DNA of 64,000 nucleotides from Candidatus Latescibacterota bacterium. Lineage in GTDB: Bacteria; Latescibacterota; UBA2968; GCA-2709665. Position numbers and translations under genes: made by a program. This document shows, piece by piece, positions 1-11,135 of this stretch; within the stretch, counting starts at the first letter, position 1, and each line of letters opens with the position of its first letter. Below the pieces are notes generated by a model. It worked only from the letters and a program-made list of their open reading frames with translations, searched no databases and was not told the origin of the DNA. The stretch is taken from the NCBI GenBank assembly GCA_965237675.1, contig OZ250150.1:3872001-3936000 (forward strand), written 5' to 3'.

Positions 1-783
1 TGGTCCGAACCCAGAGCGTTGTCGAAGATCTGCCACGGTCATTATCAGGTCAGTTGGCGAGCAGGAAAACGGGTTGGTACTGCGTTTAACTACCATCCTG
101 TCAAAAAGCCCGGTCCACCCAGGACCAACCTGTATTATCTCCAGACCGACGATTTCGGCGACACGTGGACCAACGCGCAGGGAGAGCCGATGGACCTGCC
201 TTTGGAGCGTCCCCGTAATGACGCGATGGTCAGCAACTTCGAGGAACAGGGCCTGCAGGTGTTTGTGAAAGATCTGAATTTCGACGTTCGCGGCCATCCC
301 GTGATCCTGATTCTCACCAGCCGCGGCATGGAGAGTGGCCCTCAGAACGACCCGCGCGTATGGACAACAGTACGTTGGACAGGTGATGTCTGGGCGGTCC
401 GCGATGCGTTCACGTCCGACAACAACTACGACGCCGGTGGGCTCCATACCGAACCGGATGGAACGTGGCGGATTATCGCGCCCTCCGAGACGGGTCCCCA
501 ACCATATAATACCGGCGGTGAGGTGGCGGTGTGGGCCAGCGGCGACGAGGGAGCGACGTGGGAGAAAACCCGCCTGGCGACCCGTAACAGCCGCTACAAC
601 CACACCTACGTGCGCCGGCCTGTGAACGCGCACCCGGAGTTCTATGCCTTCTGGGCCGACGGACATGCGCGGGAACAGTCGGACTCGCGTCTCTATTTCT
701 GCGATGTGACCGGCGAGAATGTATATCGGCTACCAACGCTTATGTCGCGGGATCACCAGAAACCCGATCGGTTGATTTCATGA
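1..783 (+). CDS. BNR/Asp-box repeat beta-propeller protein (BNR_4-like), 5' partial
   Basis: Asp-box motifs QTDDFGDTW and SGDEGATW; NHTYVRRP and FWADG motifs; gene probably begins before the window. Confidence 0.75.
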   Translation, partial: WSEPRALSKICHGHYQVSWRAGKRVGTAFNYHPVKKPGPPRTNLYYLQTDDFGDTWTNAQGEPMDLPLERPRNDAMVSNFEEQGLQVFVKDLNFDVRGHPVILILTSRGMESGPQNDPRVWTTVRWTGDVWAVRDAFTSDNNYDAGGLHTEPDGTWRIIAPSETGPQPYNTGGEVAVWASGDEGATWEKTRLATRNSRYNHTYVRRPVNAHPEFYAFWADGHAREQSDSRLYFCDVTGENVYRLPTLMSRDHQKPDRLIS

Positions 784-852
784 CCGGACGCCAAGGAACC
801 CGCGTGCGCTGACGCCGTGGTCGGGGCGGTGATTGTCTTGAAAGGCGGTCCA

Positions 853-1725
853 ATGAAAGGTATCATTCTGTCGGGTGGGTTGGGAACCCGGCTGTACCCG
901 CTCACGATTTCACTTTCGAAACAGATCATACCCATCTTCGACAAACCCATGATCTATTACCCGCTTTCGGTGTTGATGCTGGCCAATATACGCGAATTTC
1001 TGATTATTTCGTCGCCTGAGCATATTGAGCTTTACCGAAAACTTCTGGGTGACGGCAGCCGTTTGGGTCTGCGGTTCGACTATGCGATCCAACCCCGTCC
1101 GGAGGGCGTCGCGCAATCGTTTCTCATTGGAGAAGACTTCATCGACGGGGGGCCTTGTGCGCTTGTATTCGGGGACAATTTCTTCTACGGCCACGGTCTT
1201 TCCGGGTTGTTGGAGCACGCGGGTAAGCTCGATGAGGGCGGGTTGGTTTTCGCGTATTACGTGCAGGATCCCGAGAGATACGGTGTGGTTGAGTTCGACG
1301 CTTACATGAACGTGGTGGGCATTGAAGAAAAACCGAAACGCCCGAGGTCGAATTATGCGGTTACGGGACTCTATTTTTATGACGGAAGCGTGGTGGATAT
1401 CGCGAAGGGGTTGAAACCTTCGGATCGCGGAGAATTGGAAATTACCGATATAAACAACGAATACCTCAGACGGGGCAAATTGCGGGTTCAGTTGCTGGGA
1501 AGGGGAATTGCGTATCTCGACACGGGAACCCACGAGAGTCTGCTGGAAGCGAGTAATTTTGTGCAGATTGTCGAACACCGGCAGGGGTTGAAAATCGCGT
1601 GCCTGGAAGAAATCGCGTTTCGAAAAGGGTACATCAGCCCGCGGCAGCTCGAGGAAACCGCCAACTATTCGACCGAGAACGAATATTGCCGGTACCTGAA
1701 ACGGTTGCTTACATCCGCTAGCTGA
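853..1725 (+). CDS. rfbA: glucose-1-phosphate thymidylyltransferase
   Basis: MKGIILSGGLGTRLYPLT, DKPMIYYPLS, GELEITD, DTGTHESLLEAS motifs. Confidence 0.95.
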   Translation: MKGIILSGGLGTRLYPLTISLSKQIIPIFDKPMIYYPLSVLMLANIREFLIISSPEHIELYRKLLGDGSRLGLRFDYAIQPRPEGVAQSFLIGEDFIDGGPCALVFGDNFFYGHGLSGLLEHAGKLDEGGLVFAYYVQDPERYGVVEFDAYMNVVGIEEKPKRPRSNYAVTGLYFYDGSVVDIAKGLKPSDRGELEITDINNEYLRRGKLRVQLLGRGIAYLDTGTHESLLEASNFVQIVEHRQGLKIACLEEIAFRKGYISPRQLEETANYSTENEYCRYLKRLLTSAS

Positions 1726-1917
1726 TCCCGTGCACGGCATCGACAACTTCGAGCAGACTGCCGCATCCCGTGCGGATGGAGGCCTGCAACGGGTTCTGAA
1801 CCCGTCGCTGAAATCCTCGAAATTCCGATGTCCGATAGCGTCCGAAAGTCAGTAACCGGATTTCACGCGTCCGAGGCATGATGTCAGCAGCCCGCGCGTA
1901 TCCAGGGAAAACTCCCG

Positions 1918-2256
1918 ATGTTAAGGATGTTTTGCATCGTAACCGTTCTCCTGTTGACCATCCGCTGTGGCAGCGTTCCGGTGGCGCCTGAAGACGCGAT
2001 ATTGGGTACGTGGAAGCTGACCCTCGCGAGGAACGAGCCGGTAACAGTGAACTATAGGCTGGTCTTCGAAAAAAACGGGATTTATACGTTCATCAATACG
2101 ATATTCGACGGAAGCCAGATAACGACAGCCGGAAGTTGGCGAATTGAAAATCGTACAATATACCTGGACAGCCTGGATTTCGGGTTCTCCGTCGACAAAA
2201 TCGAACTTACGCTGTACGCACGAGACGGCACTATTTTTGTCTATACGAAACAGTAG
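1918..2256 (+). CDS. small putative lipoprotein (lipocalin-like beta-barrel)
   Basis: Hydrophobic leader ending in Cys (LLLTIRCGS); ILGTWKL and GSW motifs. Confidence 0.55.
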   Translation: MLRMFCIVTVLLLTIRCGSVPVAPEDAILGTWKLTLARNEPVTVNYRLVFEKNGIYTFINTIFDGSQITTAGSWRIENRTIYLDSLDFGFSVDKIELTLYARDGTIFVYTKQ

Positions 2257-2429
2257 TCACGCATGGGATTTTCTCCACGGGATGCGGAATATCGCGGCTG
2301 CAAGGGATTGGCCTCGAATGGACACGTTGGGAAGACCACAAGACAAAGAAGCAGGGATGAGACGCGTGCGCGATCCGCGCCGCATCGCGAAAGACCGGGT
2401 GCAACGCCTCGTTGTTTCGGGGAGAGGTT

Positions 2430-3806
2430 ATGCGGGTTGACCCTTCCATTGGCCTGGAAGATCTCGATTCCAGACTGGACCGGTGTTTCGACCTTGCGGC
2501 GGGAAAAATTCTATCGGTTTACGAGACCTGGGATCCGCAGCGTGGCGCGCCGGTCTATACCGTCGGAGGGAAATATACCACCCGAGGCTGGACGGAATGG
2601 ACACAGGGATTTCAGTATGGCTGCGCGATTTTGCTGTTCGAGGTGTCTGGAGAAAATCAGTTTCTGGAAATTGGCCGACGCGGAACCGTAGAACGGATGG
2701 CCGCACACGTGACTCACACGGGAGTGCACGACCACGGGTTCAACAACATATCGACATATGGCAATCTCAGGCGGCTGATGCTTGAGGACGCGATTCCGGA
2801 AGATCGGTGGGAGCGACATTTTTACGAACTCGCCCTGAAGGCGTCGGGCGCAGTGCAGGGGGCGAGGTGGACCGCAATTCGGAACGGAAAGGGGTTTATT
2901 CCCTCCTTTAACGGCGCCCATTCGCTGTTTTCCGACACGATCCGCACCTGTCGGTCTCTGGGGCTCGCACACTGTCTGGGCCACGTGTTGATGGGGGAGA
3001 ACGACCGGCCGATTTCGCTCCTCGATCGCATGATCGAGCACGCGGATACAACAGCGCGGTTCAATGTGTATTACGGCGACGGTCGCGATGGCTACGACAT
3101 TCGAGGGCGGGTGGCGCATGAGTCGATTTTCAACGTGGAGGACGGGAATTATCGATGTCCAAGTACCCAACAGGGATACTCCGCCTTTTCCACGTGGACG
3201 CGAGGACTGGCATGGGTGGTAACGGGATATGCCGAATTGCTTGAATTCCTCGAGGTCCTGGAGGATGAGGACCTTTCGGCTTGCGGCGGTCGCGACTATA
3301 TCACTGGTTTCATGATGGTGGCGGCGACAGCCGCGGCCGATTACTTCGTTGAAGGTGCGTCTGCGGCAGACGGCGTCCCGTACTGGGATACCGGCGCCCC
3401 CGGTTTGGCCCAAATGGGAGATTATCTTGGTCGGGCCGCGGATCCATTCAACGAATTTGAACCCGTAGACAGTTCGGCCGCCGCGATTGCGGCTCAGGGC
3501 CTGTACCGTTTGGGCAAGTACCTGGGCGGAGAGGCCGGCGCGTCGTACAGGAAGGCAGCATTGACGGTCGCGCGGACGTTGTTCGACGCCCCGTATCTGA
3601 CCGATGATGCGGATCACCAGGGCCTGATCCTGCATTCGGTGTATCACCGGCCCAATGGCTGGGATCGTCGTCGGGCGGGACAAAGCGTTCCGAACGGTGA
3701 GGCCTCGATGTGGGGAGACTATCACGCACTGGAACTCGCGGTATTGCTGAAGCGTGAAATTACCGGGCAACCGTATTTGACGTTCTTCGACCGGAGGACG
3801 GAATGA
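2430..3806 (+). CDS. glycoside hydrolase family 88-like (unsaturated glucuronyl hydrolase-like)
   Basis: WTQGFQYG, HDHGF, STWTRGLAW, DSSAAAIAA, WGDYH motifs; GGAGAGG RBS before ATG 2430. Confidence 0.8.
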   Translation: MRVDPSIGLEDLDSRLDRCFDLAAGKILSVYETWDPQRGAPVYTVGGKYTTRGWTEWTQGFQYGCAILLFEVSGENQFLEIGRRGTVERMAAHVTHTGVHDHGFNNISTYGNLRRLMLEDAIPEDRWERHFYELALKASGAVQGARWTAIRNGKGFIPSFNGAHSLFSDTIRTCRSLGLAHCLGHVLMGENDRPISLLDRMIEHADTTARFNVYYGDGRDGYDIRGRVAHESIFNVEDGNYRCPSTQQGYSAFSTWTRGLAWVVTGYAELLEFLEVLEDEDLSACGGRDYITGFMMVAATAAADYFVEGASAADGVPYWDTGAPGLAQMGDYLGRAADPFNEFEPVDSSAAAIAAQGLYRLGKYLGGEAGASYRKAALTVARTLFDAPYLTDDADHQGLILHSVYHRPNGWDRRRAGQSVPNGEASMWGDYHALELAVLLKREITGQPYLTFFDRRTE

Positions 3807-4819
3807 CTTCGAAACGGCTGGTTGTGGTGGAACCCGGGCGAATCGAACTGCAGACTTTCGAACTGGATGACGCGCTGGATCCGCACCAGGCGCTGGTCAG
3901 GGCCGAGTATTCGGTCGTCAGCGGGGGGACGGAGGGCGCGGGATTCACCGGACTGGTCAGACAGATGCCGTTCGGCGATGCGGGGAAGTACCCGAGAGAG
4001 ACCGGATACGGGCATCTGGGCGAGGTGCTGGCGGTGGGGTCGGCGGTGACGATGTGCAGACCCGGCGACAGGGTGGTCAGTTTCTCGAAACACGCGTCCG
4101 TGACGAAGGCCGATGCCGCTCGGATGGCGTTGCCGGTCTCCCCGACCGCCGAGGGAAAACACCTTGTATTTTCACGTATGGCAGGGGTGAGCATGAGCGC
4201 ACTGCGTTCCTCGTGTGCACAGGCCGGGGATACAGTCCTCGTCATTGGAATGGGCCTGGTGGGCAATTTCGCGGCTCAGCTCTTTTGTCTCGCAGGGATG
4301 GAGGTCATGGTTGCCGACGTCTCGGCGTTTCGCCTGGAGAAGGCAAGGGCGTGCGGATTGGAAAGAGGGGTGAACACGGCACGCGAGGATCTGATGGCCG
4401 CAGTGATGGATTGGACGTCGGGCGAAGGCGCGCACGTGGTGGTTGAAGCCATTGGCATGAGCAATGTCGTAGCGCAAGGGGTTCTGATGGCGCGAATTGG
4501 CGGCGAGGTCATCTTGCTGGGCAGTCCACGGGCGCCTGCGAAGCTGGACGTGACGCCGATGCTGCTGCACATTCATCTCAAGGCAATTCGGATGATCGGC
4601 GCGCTGGAGTGGCGCTGGCCGCAGCATCCCACCGAGCGGGCGAGGGATATTGCCGGCAATTACAGGCTGCTTGCGGACTGGATTACGAACGAACGGCTGG
4701 TGGTGCCGCCCGTGCTCACCCACCTGGCGTCTCCAGCCGATTGTCAGGACGTCTACGACGGAGTGACGGGACGAAAAGACGAATATCTGGGTGTGGTCTT
4801 CGACTGGAGCCACGCCTGA
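3803..4819 (+). CDS. medium-chain (zinc-type) alcohol dehydrogenase family protein
   Basis: GDTVLVIGMGLVG Rossmann motif, VVVEAIG; GroES-like N-terminus; ATGA overlap with upstream gene. Confidence 0.85.
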   Translation: MTSKRLVVVEPGRIELQTFELDDALDPHQALVRAEYSVVSGGTEGAGFTGLVRQMPFGDAGKYPRETGYGHLGEVLAVGSAVTMCRPGDRVVSFSKHASVTKADAARMALPVSPTAEGKHLVFSRMAGVSMSALRSSCAQAGDTVLVIGMGLVGNFAAQLFCLAGMEVMVADVSAFRLEKARACGLERGVNTAREDLMAAVMDWTSGEGAHVVVEAIGMSNVVAQGVLMARIGGEVILLGSPRAPAKLDVTPMLLHIHLKAIRMIGALEWRWPQHPTERARDIAGNYRLLADWITNERLVVPPVLTHLASPADCQDVYDGVTGRKDEYLGVVFDWSHA

Positions 4820-4877
4820 ATCGTAAATACAATTCGCGCACCGAACTCAATTGCGGTTGTGGCTCCCGAGGCGAACG

Positions 4878-5753
4878 ATGAATTCGCACAGATTGGAAAT
4901 TGACAGCGTAAGGGTTGGTGACCGAGCGGGTACGAAGCGTTTCAGGTGTGCGCTGACGGTGACACTTGCGTTCGTATTGTGTTCGGCGCCAGCGCGGAGC
5001 GAAGGAGCAACACCGTTCGATTATGGACCCCTTGACCGCATGTTAGGAAGGTTTGTGGATTCAAGAGGTTGGGTTGACTACGCGGGTATAAAGGCGAATC
5101 CGACCGAACTCAGGTTTTTTTTGGCCAGTCTGATGGAGGTGAGCCCGGAGAGCCATCCAGTGATGTTTCCCGGGCGGGAAGATCGGCTGGCATATTGGAT
5201 CAACGCGTACAACACGCTTGTGATCAGCGGGGTGGTCAATGCCTATCCGGTAACGAGCGTTAAGCAGATCCATCCACAGCCCGGATTCTTCAAGGTATTC
5301 CATGTCGTTGGTGGAAAATCCTATTCACTGGATGATATTGAGCACAAAATCATCCGAAAAAGGTTTGGCGATCCGCGAATCCACGCCGCCCTGAATTGCG
5401 GCGCGGCCTCCTGTCCCAGGTTGCGAGGGGAAGCATACCGTCCTGAGCAGCTCGAAAAACAGCTGGACGAAGCCGTCCGGGACTTTATCCGCGATCCGCA
5501 ATTTGTCACGGTGGACCGCGAGAGCGGAACTTTGCAACTCTCGAAAATTCTCGATTGGTTTGAAGGTGATTTCACAGGCTGGTACAGACGCACCCATCAC
5601 GTGGATGACGTTCGAATCACGGATTACTTGAAGATCCATCTTACCGAAGAAGATCGCGCCTTCCTGCAAACCCACCCTGGGGTAACCGTTCGGTACATGC
5701 CGTACGATTGGACGCTGAACGACCGGGCGCTCCACGAAGCCGTAGACCGTTGA
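4878..5753 (+). CDS. DUF547 domain exported protein
   Basis: LAYWINAYN, SLDDIEH, DPRIHAALNCGAASCP, LSKILDWF, YDWTLND motifs. Confidence 0.9.
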   Translation: MNSHRLEIDSVRVGDRAGTKRFRCALTVTLAFVLCSAPARSEGATPFDYGPLDRMLGRFVDSRGWVDYAGIKANPTELRFFLASLMEVSPESHPVMFPGREDRLAYWINAYNTLVISGVVNAYPVTSVKQIHPQPGFFKVFHVVGGKSYSLDDIEHKIIRKRFGDPRIHAALNCGAASCPRLRGEAYRPEQLEKQLDEAVRDFIRDPQFVTVDRESGTLQLSKILDWFEGDFTGWYRRTHHVDDVRITDYLKIHLTEEDRAFLQTHPGVTVRYMPYDWTLNDRALHEAVDR

Positions 5754-5886
5754 ATGAACGATGACCTGGCAAAGCGTTGCCAGGCATCAATGCTTCAGCG
5801 ATCTTGCCGCACAAGCAGGTTTCGTGATTACCGACAGGCGAATTGAGGAAACTCGCCGGTCTGTCTTCAACGCAAAGGAGAGACCC

Positions 5887-6900
5887 ATGGAAGCGCCGAC
5901 GGAATTGCTGGCGATCCACCCCCGTGTGCAGGCCACATTGCCAGGCAACCGTTTGTCGTTTGGGGCGCGGTTGAGGCGGGAGGGTATCGATCTCCGGCGC
6001 GAGAGACTGGAGACGCTGCAGATCAATGTCGGTAAGTTGTGCAACCAGGCATGCAGGCACTGCCACGTGGATGCCGGCCCGAATCGGACGGAAGTGATGA
6101 CGCGGGAGACGATGCAGTCGATCCTGGCGTTTCTCGCCGCGACAGATATTCCAACGGTGGATATTACCGGCGGAGCCCCGGAGGTGAACCCTCATTTTAG
6201 ATATCTGGTGAAACAGATCCGAGGCCTTGGTCGCAACGTGATGGTGAGATGCAACCTGACGGTGATATTCGAACCGGGTATGGAAAATCTGCCGGGCTTC
6301 TACCGTGAACACAATGTGGAGTTGGTCTGCTCTCTTCCCTGTTATCTGGAGGAAAACGTAGATCAGCAACGTGGCAAAGGTGTGTTTTCCGACAGCATCG
6401 AGGCGCTTCGACGGCTTAATTCGATCGGTTACGGAAAGCCGGATACAGACCTGCAGCTGCATCTGGTGTACAATCCGGTGGGCGCCACGCTTCCCCCGCC
6501 GCAGGCCGAACTCGAGGCGGACTACAAGCGGGTTCTGGACGATCGCTACGGAATTGCGTTCAATCGACTCTTTACAATAACCAATATGCCGATCAGCCGG
6601 TTTAACGACTATTTACGGCGTCGGGGGGAGTACGACGGCTACACGCAGACGTTGCATGACCATTTCAACGCGAAAACGATCGATCGACTGATGTGTCGGT
6701 TTCTCGTGAGCGTAGACTGGGAAGGCAACATCTACGACTGCGATTTCAACCAGATGCTGGATATGCATCTGTCCGGCAAGCCAAAAAAACTGTGGGAGGT
6801 GTCACCGCGGTGGTTAAACGATAGAAGGATCCGGATCGCCGACCACTGCTATGGTTGCACGGCTGGCGCAGGTAGCAGCTGCGGCGGAGAGTTGACCTGA
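5887..6900 (+). CDS. arsS: radical SAM protein, ArsS/DUF3641 family (arsenosugar biosynthesis-like)
   Basis: CNQACRHC radical-SAM motif, [18 protein letters not shown]-terminal [14 protein letters not shown]; AAGGAG RBS before ATG 5887. Confidence 0.85.
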   Translation: MEAPTELLAIHPRVQATLPGNRLSFGARLRREGIDLRRERLETLQINVGKLCNQACRHCHVDAGPNRTEVMTRETMQSILAFLAATDIPTVDITGGAPEVNPHFRYLVKQIRGLGRNVMVRCNLTVIFEPGMENLPGFYREHNVELVCSLPCYLEENVDQQRGKGVFSDSIEALRRLNSIGYGKPDTDLQLHLVYNPVGATLPPPQAELEADYKRVLDDRYGIAFNRLFTITNMPISRFNDYLRRRGEYDGYTQTLHDHFNAKTIDRLMCRFLVSVDWEGNIYDCDFNQMLDMHLSGKPKKLWEVSPRWLNDRRIRIADHCYGCTAGAGSSCGGELT

Positions 6901-6949
6901 GAGACGGTAATGCGCATGAGAGGTCAGGCGGAAAGGCTATGATGGGGTC

Positions 6950-7123
6950 GGCCATCGCTTTGACAGCCAGCGGATTCAGGGTCGTGGGGTGGGTGCCCGC
7001 GCTTAGAGAGTCGAAGCGGTTTCCGGCGACGTGCCGGAGAATACCTTCCGCCATCTGGCTCCGGCACGAGTTTCCGGTGCAGAGGAATAATATTCGTTTT
7101 ATTGAGGTAGTCGCGGAGATCAT
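6950..7123 (-). pseudogene. arsC: truncated thioredoxin-type arsenate reductase / LMW-PTP
   Basis: [17 protein letters not shown]...SAGTHP...NPLAVKAMA, then similarity stops after about 58 aa; ATG overlaps stop of upstream gene. Confidence 0.75.
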
Positions 7124-9621
7124 CCACGCGGTTCGGACGGGATGACCTCGATTGGAAGGGTAATCGATGATGGCGGCAGGCATCGGGTGGCATCGCAGGC
7201 CTGAAATTCCAGAACCAGGTGCAGCCGGACGACGCCGGACCGATAACCCCCAATTTTGAGTGTCGCGGGAATCGTGACTTCGCCTTCGTAAACGTCCAGA
7301 GGCTGATCGGCAAAAGCGAAGCGGATGCGCTTCGCCGACGGATACGAAATCTCCATGACGTCGAACGGGTGTTCGGAAGAAATGCTCAGCGTCGTTGGAA
7401 CCAGGAAATCCAATGTCGCGGGGTTGGCGTTGATGTGCCAGCCTTTTTTTATCGTCAGTGTCACAACGAGTTCAAGCCGACCCCCGGCCGCTGGGGGGTG
7501 GGACAGCACGAATGCCCTTGCGTTCACGGCTTCATGGCTGGCAGCAAGGATCGGAACGTTGGTTTCCGGTACGCCGGGCGCCTCCGTCCCGGGTGCATTC
7601 GGCGTGGGCGCCGGCGTATTCGTCTCGAGGTAACGCAACAGGCCGTGATACATATTGTTGAAACCGCTCTGGCTCGTTTGCATCAGGGAACTGAAGGCCT
7701 GCAGCGACCGCGACGCCAAGTCCATATACTCCCTTTTCTTGGTCAGGTTGTGGAGGCTGAGCAAGGCGTGCACCGCAACCGAATTTCCCGAGGGGATGGC
7801 GCCGTCGTAGGGTTTCTTGATACGCGTGATGAGGTGTTCAACGCCGCTGGTGAAAAAAAAGCCGCCTCCGTCGTCGTCCCAGTAAAGGCTGCGCATTCGC
7901 TCCGACAGTGCTTCGGCGTCTCTGAGGTACCGGGACTCTCCCGAAGCCTGGTAGAGCGACACCAGGCCCTGGATGAGAAACGCATAGTCCTCCTGAAAGG
8001 CGGTCTCTTTTACCTCTCCGTTGCGATAGATGCGCAGGAGGTTGCCGTCTCTGTCGCGCATGCGCCCCAGGACAAAGTTCGCCGCCCTGCGAGCGGCTCG
8101 CAGATAGGGCGGAGAATTCAATGTTGCGTATGCATCGGCAAAGGCCGCAATCATCAAACCATTCCACGCGGTGATTATCTTATCGTCCAGCAGCGGCCGA
8201 TCTCGCTGTTCTCTGGCGGACAGCAGTTTTTGCTTGAGCGGCCGGAGCCGGTCCCGGAGATCGTCGTACGGTAGCGACAATGCGTCTGCCGCCGCGCCCA
8301 GGGTTGTTGGCATGTAGAGGACCATTCCGTCGCCTTCCGGCATTCGCGCGAGGCTGTAGACCTTGAGGAAGAGGTCTGCGTCCTCTTTGAGAATACTCCG
8401 AATCGCGGTTGGGTTCCAGAGATAGTAATGACCTTCCTTACCGCTGGTTTCCGAATCCAGGGCGGAATAGAAGGCGCCTTCGGGCGAGGTCATTTCCCGC
8501 GTGACGTATCGGAGAATATCCTCTGCCGTATGCCGATAATCCGGATTACGGGAAATCTGATACGCGCGGAGGTAAATCCGGGTCAACTGGGCCTGATTGT
8601 AGAGCATTTTCTCAAAATGAGGTACAAACCATCCCCGATCGGTGGCGTAGCGATGGAAACCGCCGCCCAGGTGATCAAAAATGCCGCCCGCGGCCATATT
8701 GTCCAGTGTGCCCGTCACGATGTCCAGGAGTTCCCGGTTGTTCCGGTGCTGGTGTTGAGACATGAGCAGGTCGAGTGCCTGGTCGGGTGGAAATTTTGGT
8801 GCGTCTCCAAATCCTCCGTGGACGGGGTCGTAGGATTGCACTAGTCTGTCAATAGACCGTTCCAAGGTGCTGTGGTTTAGTGAGATATCGGCTGTTTGGG
8901 GGCGAGGAACCAGATGGATTTTCTCCATGGCCGAGGAGATGTACCTGGATTGTGCAATGACATCCGGCCTTCGGTCTGCCCACGCGTTCCGGATGACCTG
9001 GAGCACGCGGGGAAAGCCAGGCCGGTTGTAACGGGGATCGTCCTTCGGCGGGAAATAGGTGCCCGCAAAAAACGGATTGAGTTCGGGAGTGAGGAAAACA
9101 GAGTTCGGCCATCCGCCGTGCCCCGTGATGATTCTGGTTGCCGTCATGTAGATTTCGTCGACGTCGGGCCGCTCTTCCCGGTCCACCTTGATGTTGACGA
9201 AGTGCCCGTTCATTTGTTCGGCAATCGTGGAATCCGAAAAAACAAGGCGTTCCATCACGTGGCACCAGTAGCAGGTGGCGTATCCTACCGAAAGGAAAAT
9301 GGGTTTGTCTTCCCGGCGGGCCCGCTGGATCGCCTCAGTTCCCCATGGATACCAATCCACCGGGTTGTGGGCATGCAGCAGCAGATAGGGGCTGGTTTCA
9401 TGTACGAGTCGGTTGGTATATTTCCAGGAACCGTCTGCTTCTTTGAGGGAGTGCGCAGCCCCGTCGGTGTTCGAGTCGGGCACGGCTGCGTGGGAACTGC
9501 CGGGACCTGGCGAAGCCTGCGCCGAAAACTCCGTACGGCAAACCGTGCCGATTGTCAAAGGGAGGACCATCGCAGCCACGATCGCATGACGAACCGGCCC
9601 GAATGAATTCAGATAGGACAT
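7120..9621 (-). CDS. YyaL/SPATA20-like thioredoxin + (alpha/alpha)6 protein with C-terminal DsbD-N-like domain
   Basis: [51 protein letters not shown]; C-terminal GWHINAN...[11 protein letters not shown]. Confidence 0.9.
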   Translation of the reverse strand: MSYLNSFGPVRHAIVAAMVLPLTIGTVCRTEFSAQASPGPGSSHAAVPDSNTDGAAHSLKEADGSWKYTNRLVHETSPYLLLHAHNPVDWYPWGTEAIQRARREDKPIFLSVGYATCYWCHVMERLVFSDSTIAEQMNGHFVNIKVDREERPDVDEIYMTATRIITGHGGWPNSVFLTPELNPFFAGTYFPPKDDPRYNRPGFPRVLQVIRNAWADRRPDVIAQSRYISSAMEKIHLVPRPQTADISLNHSTLERSIDRLVQSYDPVHGGFGDAPKFPPDQALDLLMSQHQHRNNRELLDIVTGTLDNMAAGGIFDHLGGGFHRYATDRGWFVPHFEKMLYNQAQLTRIYLRAYQISRNPDYRHTAEDILRYVTREMTSPEGAFYSALDSETSGKEGHYYLWNPTAIRSILKEDADLFLKVYSLARMPEGDGMVLYMPTTLGAAADALSLPYDDLRDRLRPLKQKLLSAREQRDRPLLDDKIITAWNGLMIAAFADAYATLNSPPYLRAARRAANFVLGRMRDRDGNLLRIYRNGEVKETAFQEDYAFLIQGLVSLYQASGESRYLRDAEALSERMRSLYWDDDGGGFFFTSGVEHLITRIKKPYDGAIPSGNSVAVHALLSLHNLTKKREYMDLASRSLQAFSSLMQTSQSGFNNMYHGLLRYLETNTPAPTPNAPGTEAPGVPETNVPILAASHEAVNARAFVLSHPPAAGGRLELVVTLTIKKGWHINANPATLDFLVPTTLSISSEHPFDVMEISYPSAKRIRFAFADQPLDVYEGEVTIPATLKIGGYRSGVVRLHLVLEFQACDATRCLPPSSITLPIEVIPSEPRG

Positions 9622-9729
9622 ATTATTGGATCAATAAGACCTGGAGAGTCCTGAGTTTCACCGTTTGCTGCGGCGAACCCCAGGATGAGTACTGGGGAAA
9701 TTACGAAAGGGAACCCACGATCGAGGAGG

Positions 9730-10977
9730 CTAGCGAGTGAACGCGCGTCTGATTTTACCCACCGCCTCCACGATGTCGTCCATGTCTTCTCGCGTGCCCA
9801 GGAGCATGGACTGGTAGAACCATACGCTGTACCTGCACGCATGCTCAACTCTCGGACAGGGTAGCCTGCGCACGAGACCGGGGTATTGTTCCGAGACGCT
9901 CTTTAAGGCCCCCTCGTCCGTGAGCGGTCGCTGATAACCGGGCGTACAGTCAATGCCTTCGGCTGTCAGGGCTTTTACGAATTCCTCCCGGCTTTGGCCG
10001 CCGAAATGCTCCGGATGGTAAAGCAGCATGTAGAGATGGTAACCGTGCTGCGTGACCCACGGACGCAGCGCCGGTGGGGTGACGCCGCCGACATTTCGCA
10101 GCGCGCTGGAGAGATGTGCTGCGTTCCTGCGCCGGGTCTCGGTCTGAAGTTGCAACCTCTTGAGACGAATAAGAAGGATGGATGCGAGGTATTCGGAGGT
10201 TCGATAGTTCCATCCGTGCCGGGGATATTCCCATCGTTCGCCACCAGGGCGTCGACCCACGTCCTTGAAGGCGCATGCCCGGTCGTGAATATGCCGATGG
10301 TTGGTGACGAGGCAGCCGCCTTCGCCAACCGTAAGGTTCTTGCTTGACTGGAAGCTGTAGGCGCCAACGTCGCCGAGCGGTCCGACCTTCCGGCCATTGT
10401 GTTCGGTGCCGTGGGCCTGTGCAGCATCTTCAACAACCACGAGACCGTGTTTCTTGGCGATGGCATTCAGTGCATCCATATCTGCCGGGTGCCCGCCCAC
10501 GTGCACGGGAAGGATGCCCACGGTCCTCTCGGTTACGGCCGCTGCCACGGCGGCCGGGTCCAGGGTAAAACTCACGGGATCGATATCTACCAGTACAAGC
10601 TTGCATCTCACGGACAGGGCGGCACTGGCCGTAGCGATGAAGGTATAGTTGGGAATGATGATTTCCCCGCCTTCACGAAAGCCGTCGAGATCAAGCGCAC
10701 CGGCTATGGAGGCGGAAATCGCGTCGGTGCCATGGGGCATCATGATGCCGTACTTCGCACCGCAATAGGCCGCGAACGCCTGGCCGAACCGATCGCTCCT
10801 GCTTGCCGGAAGCCCCTCTGTCTTTCCCATGTATACTTCCCGAAGCGCCGGCTCGATTTCGCTCTCCCACTCCACCTCGGAAGTGGCAGGCCAGGAGGGC
10901 CATGGATTCTCGAGCCGATTGCGTACGGGAGTACCCCCGTTCACCGCCAGCCGGTTTGCCGAAATCACGTTTGGCAT
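9730..10977 (-). CDS. DegT/DnrJ/EryC1/StrS family PLP aminotransferase
   Basis: PNYTFIATA, VVEDAAQAHG, SFQSSKNLTVGEGG motifs. Confidence 0.92.
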   Translation of the reverse strand: MPNVISANRLAVNGGTPVRNRLENPWPSWPATSEVEWESEIEPALREVYMGKTEGLPASRSDRFGQAFAAYCGAKYGIMMPHGTDAISASIAGALDLDGFREGGEIIIPNYTFIATASAALSVRCKLVLVDIDPVSFTLDPAAVAAAVTERTVGILPVHVGGHPADMDALNAIAKKHGLVVVEDAAQAHGTEHNGRKVGPLGDVGAYSFQSSKNLTVGEGGCLVTNHRHIHDRACAFKDVGRRPGGERWEYPRHGWNYRTSEYLASILLIRLKRLQLQTETRRRNAAHLSSALRNVGGVTPPALRPWVTQHGYHLYMLLYHPEHFGGQSREEFVKALTAEGIDCTPGYQRPLTDEGALKSVSEQYPGLVRRLPCPRVEHACRYSVWFYQSMLLGTREDMDDIVEAVGKIRRAFTR

Positions 10978-11135
10978 CGGTACTCCTGAGAGAGTCCCAG
11001 GATTTATCCCGGTTTTGTTCCTGCTATGAACGGTGCGCTTACACCGTTGAAGGAAGCCGAATAACCAGGGGACGTCAACTCGCCTGGCGGAAAGTAGGTC
11101 GGCGGGCAATCGCCAGGTCCTACAACGTGAAATGA

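Noticed and set aside
2511-3770. Long antisense ORFs (also 7219-8274, 51244-52173, 58404-59441 and others)
   Set aside because: Shadow frames of well-supported genes in GC-rich DNA, with no family motifs
6860-6900. Selenocysteine in the ArsS C-terminus
   Set aside because: The GSSCGG motif is encoded with TGC (Cys); the TGA follows the complete motif and is a normal stop
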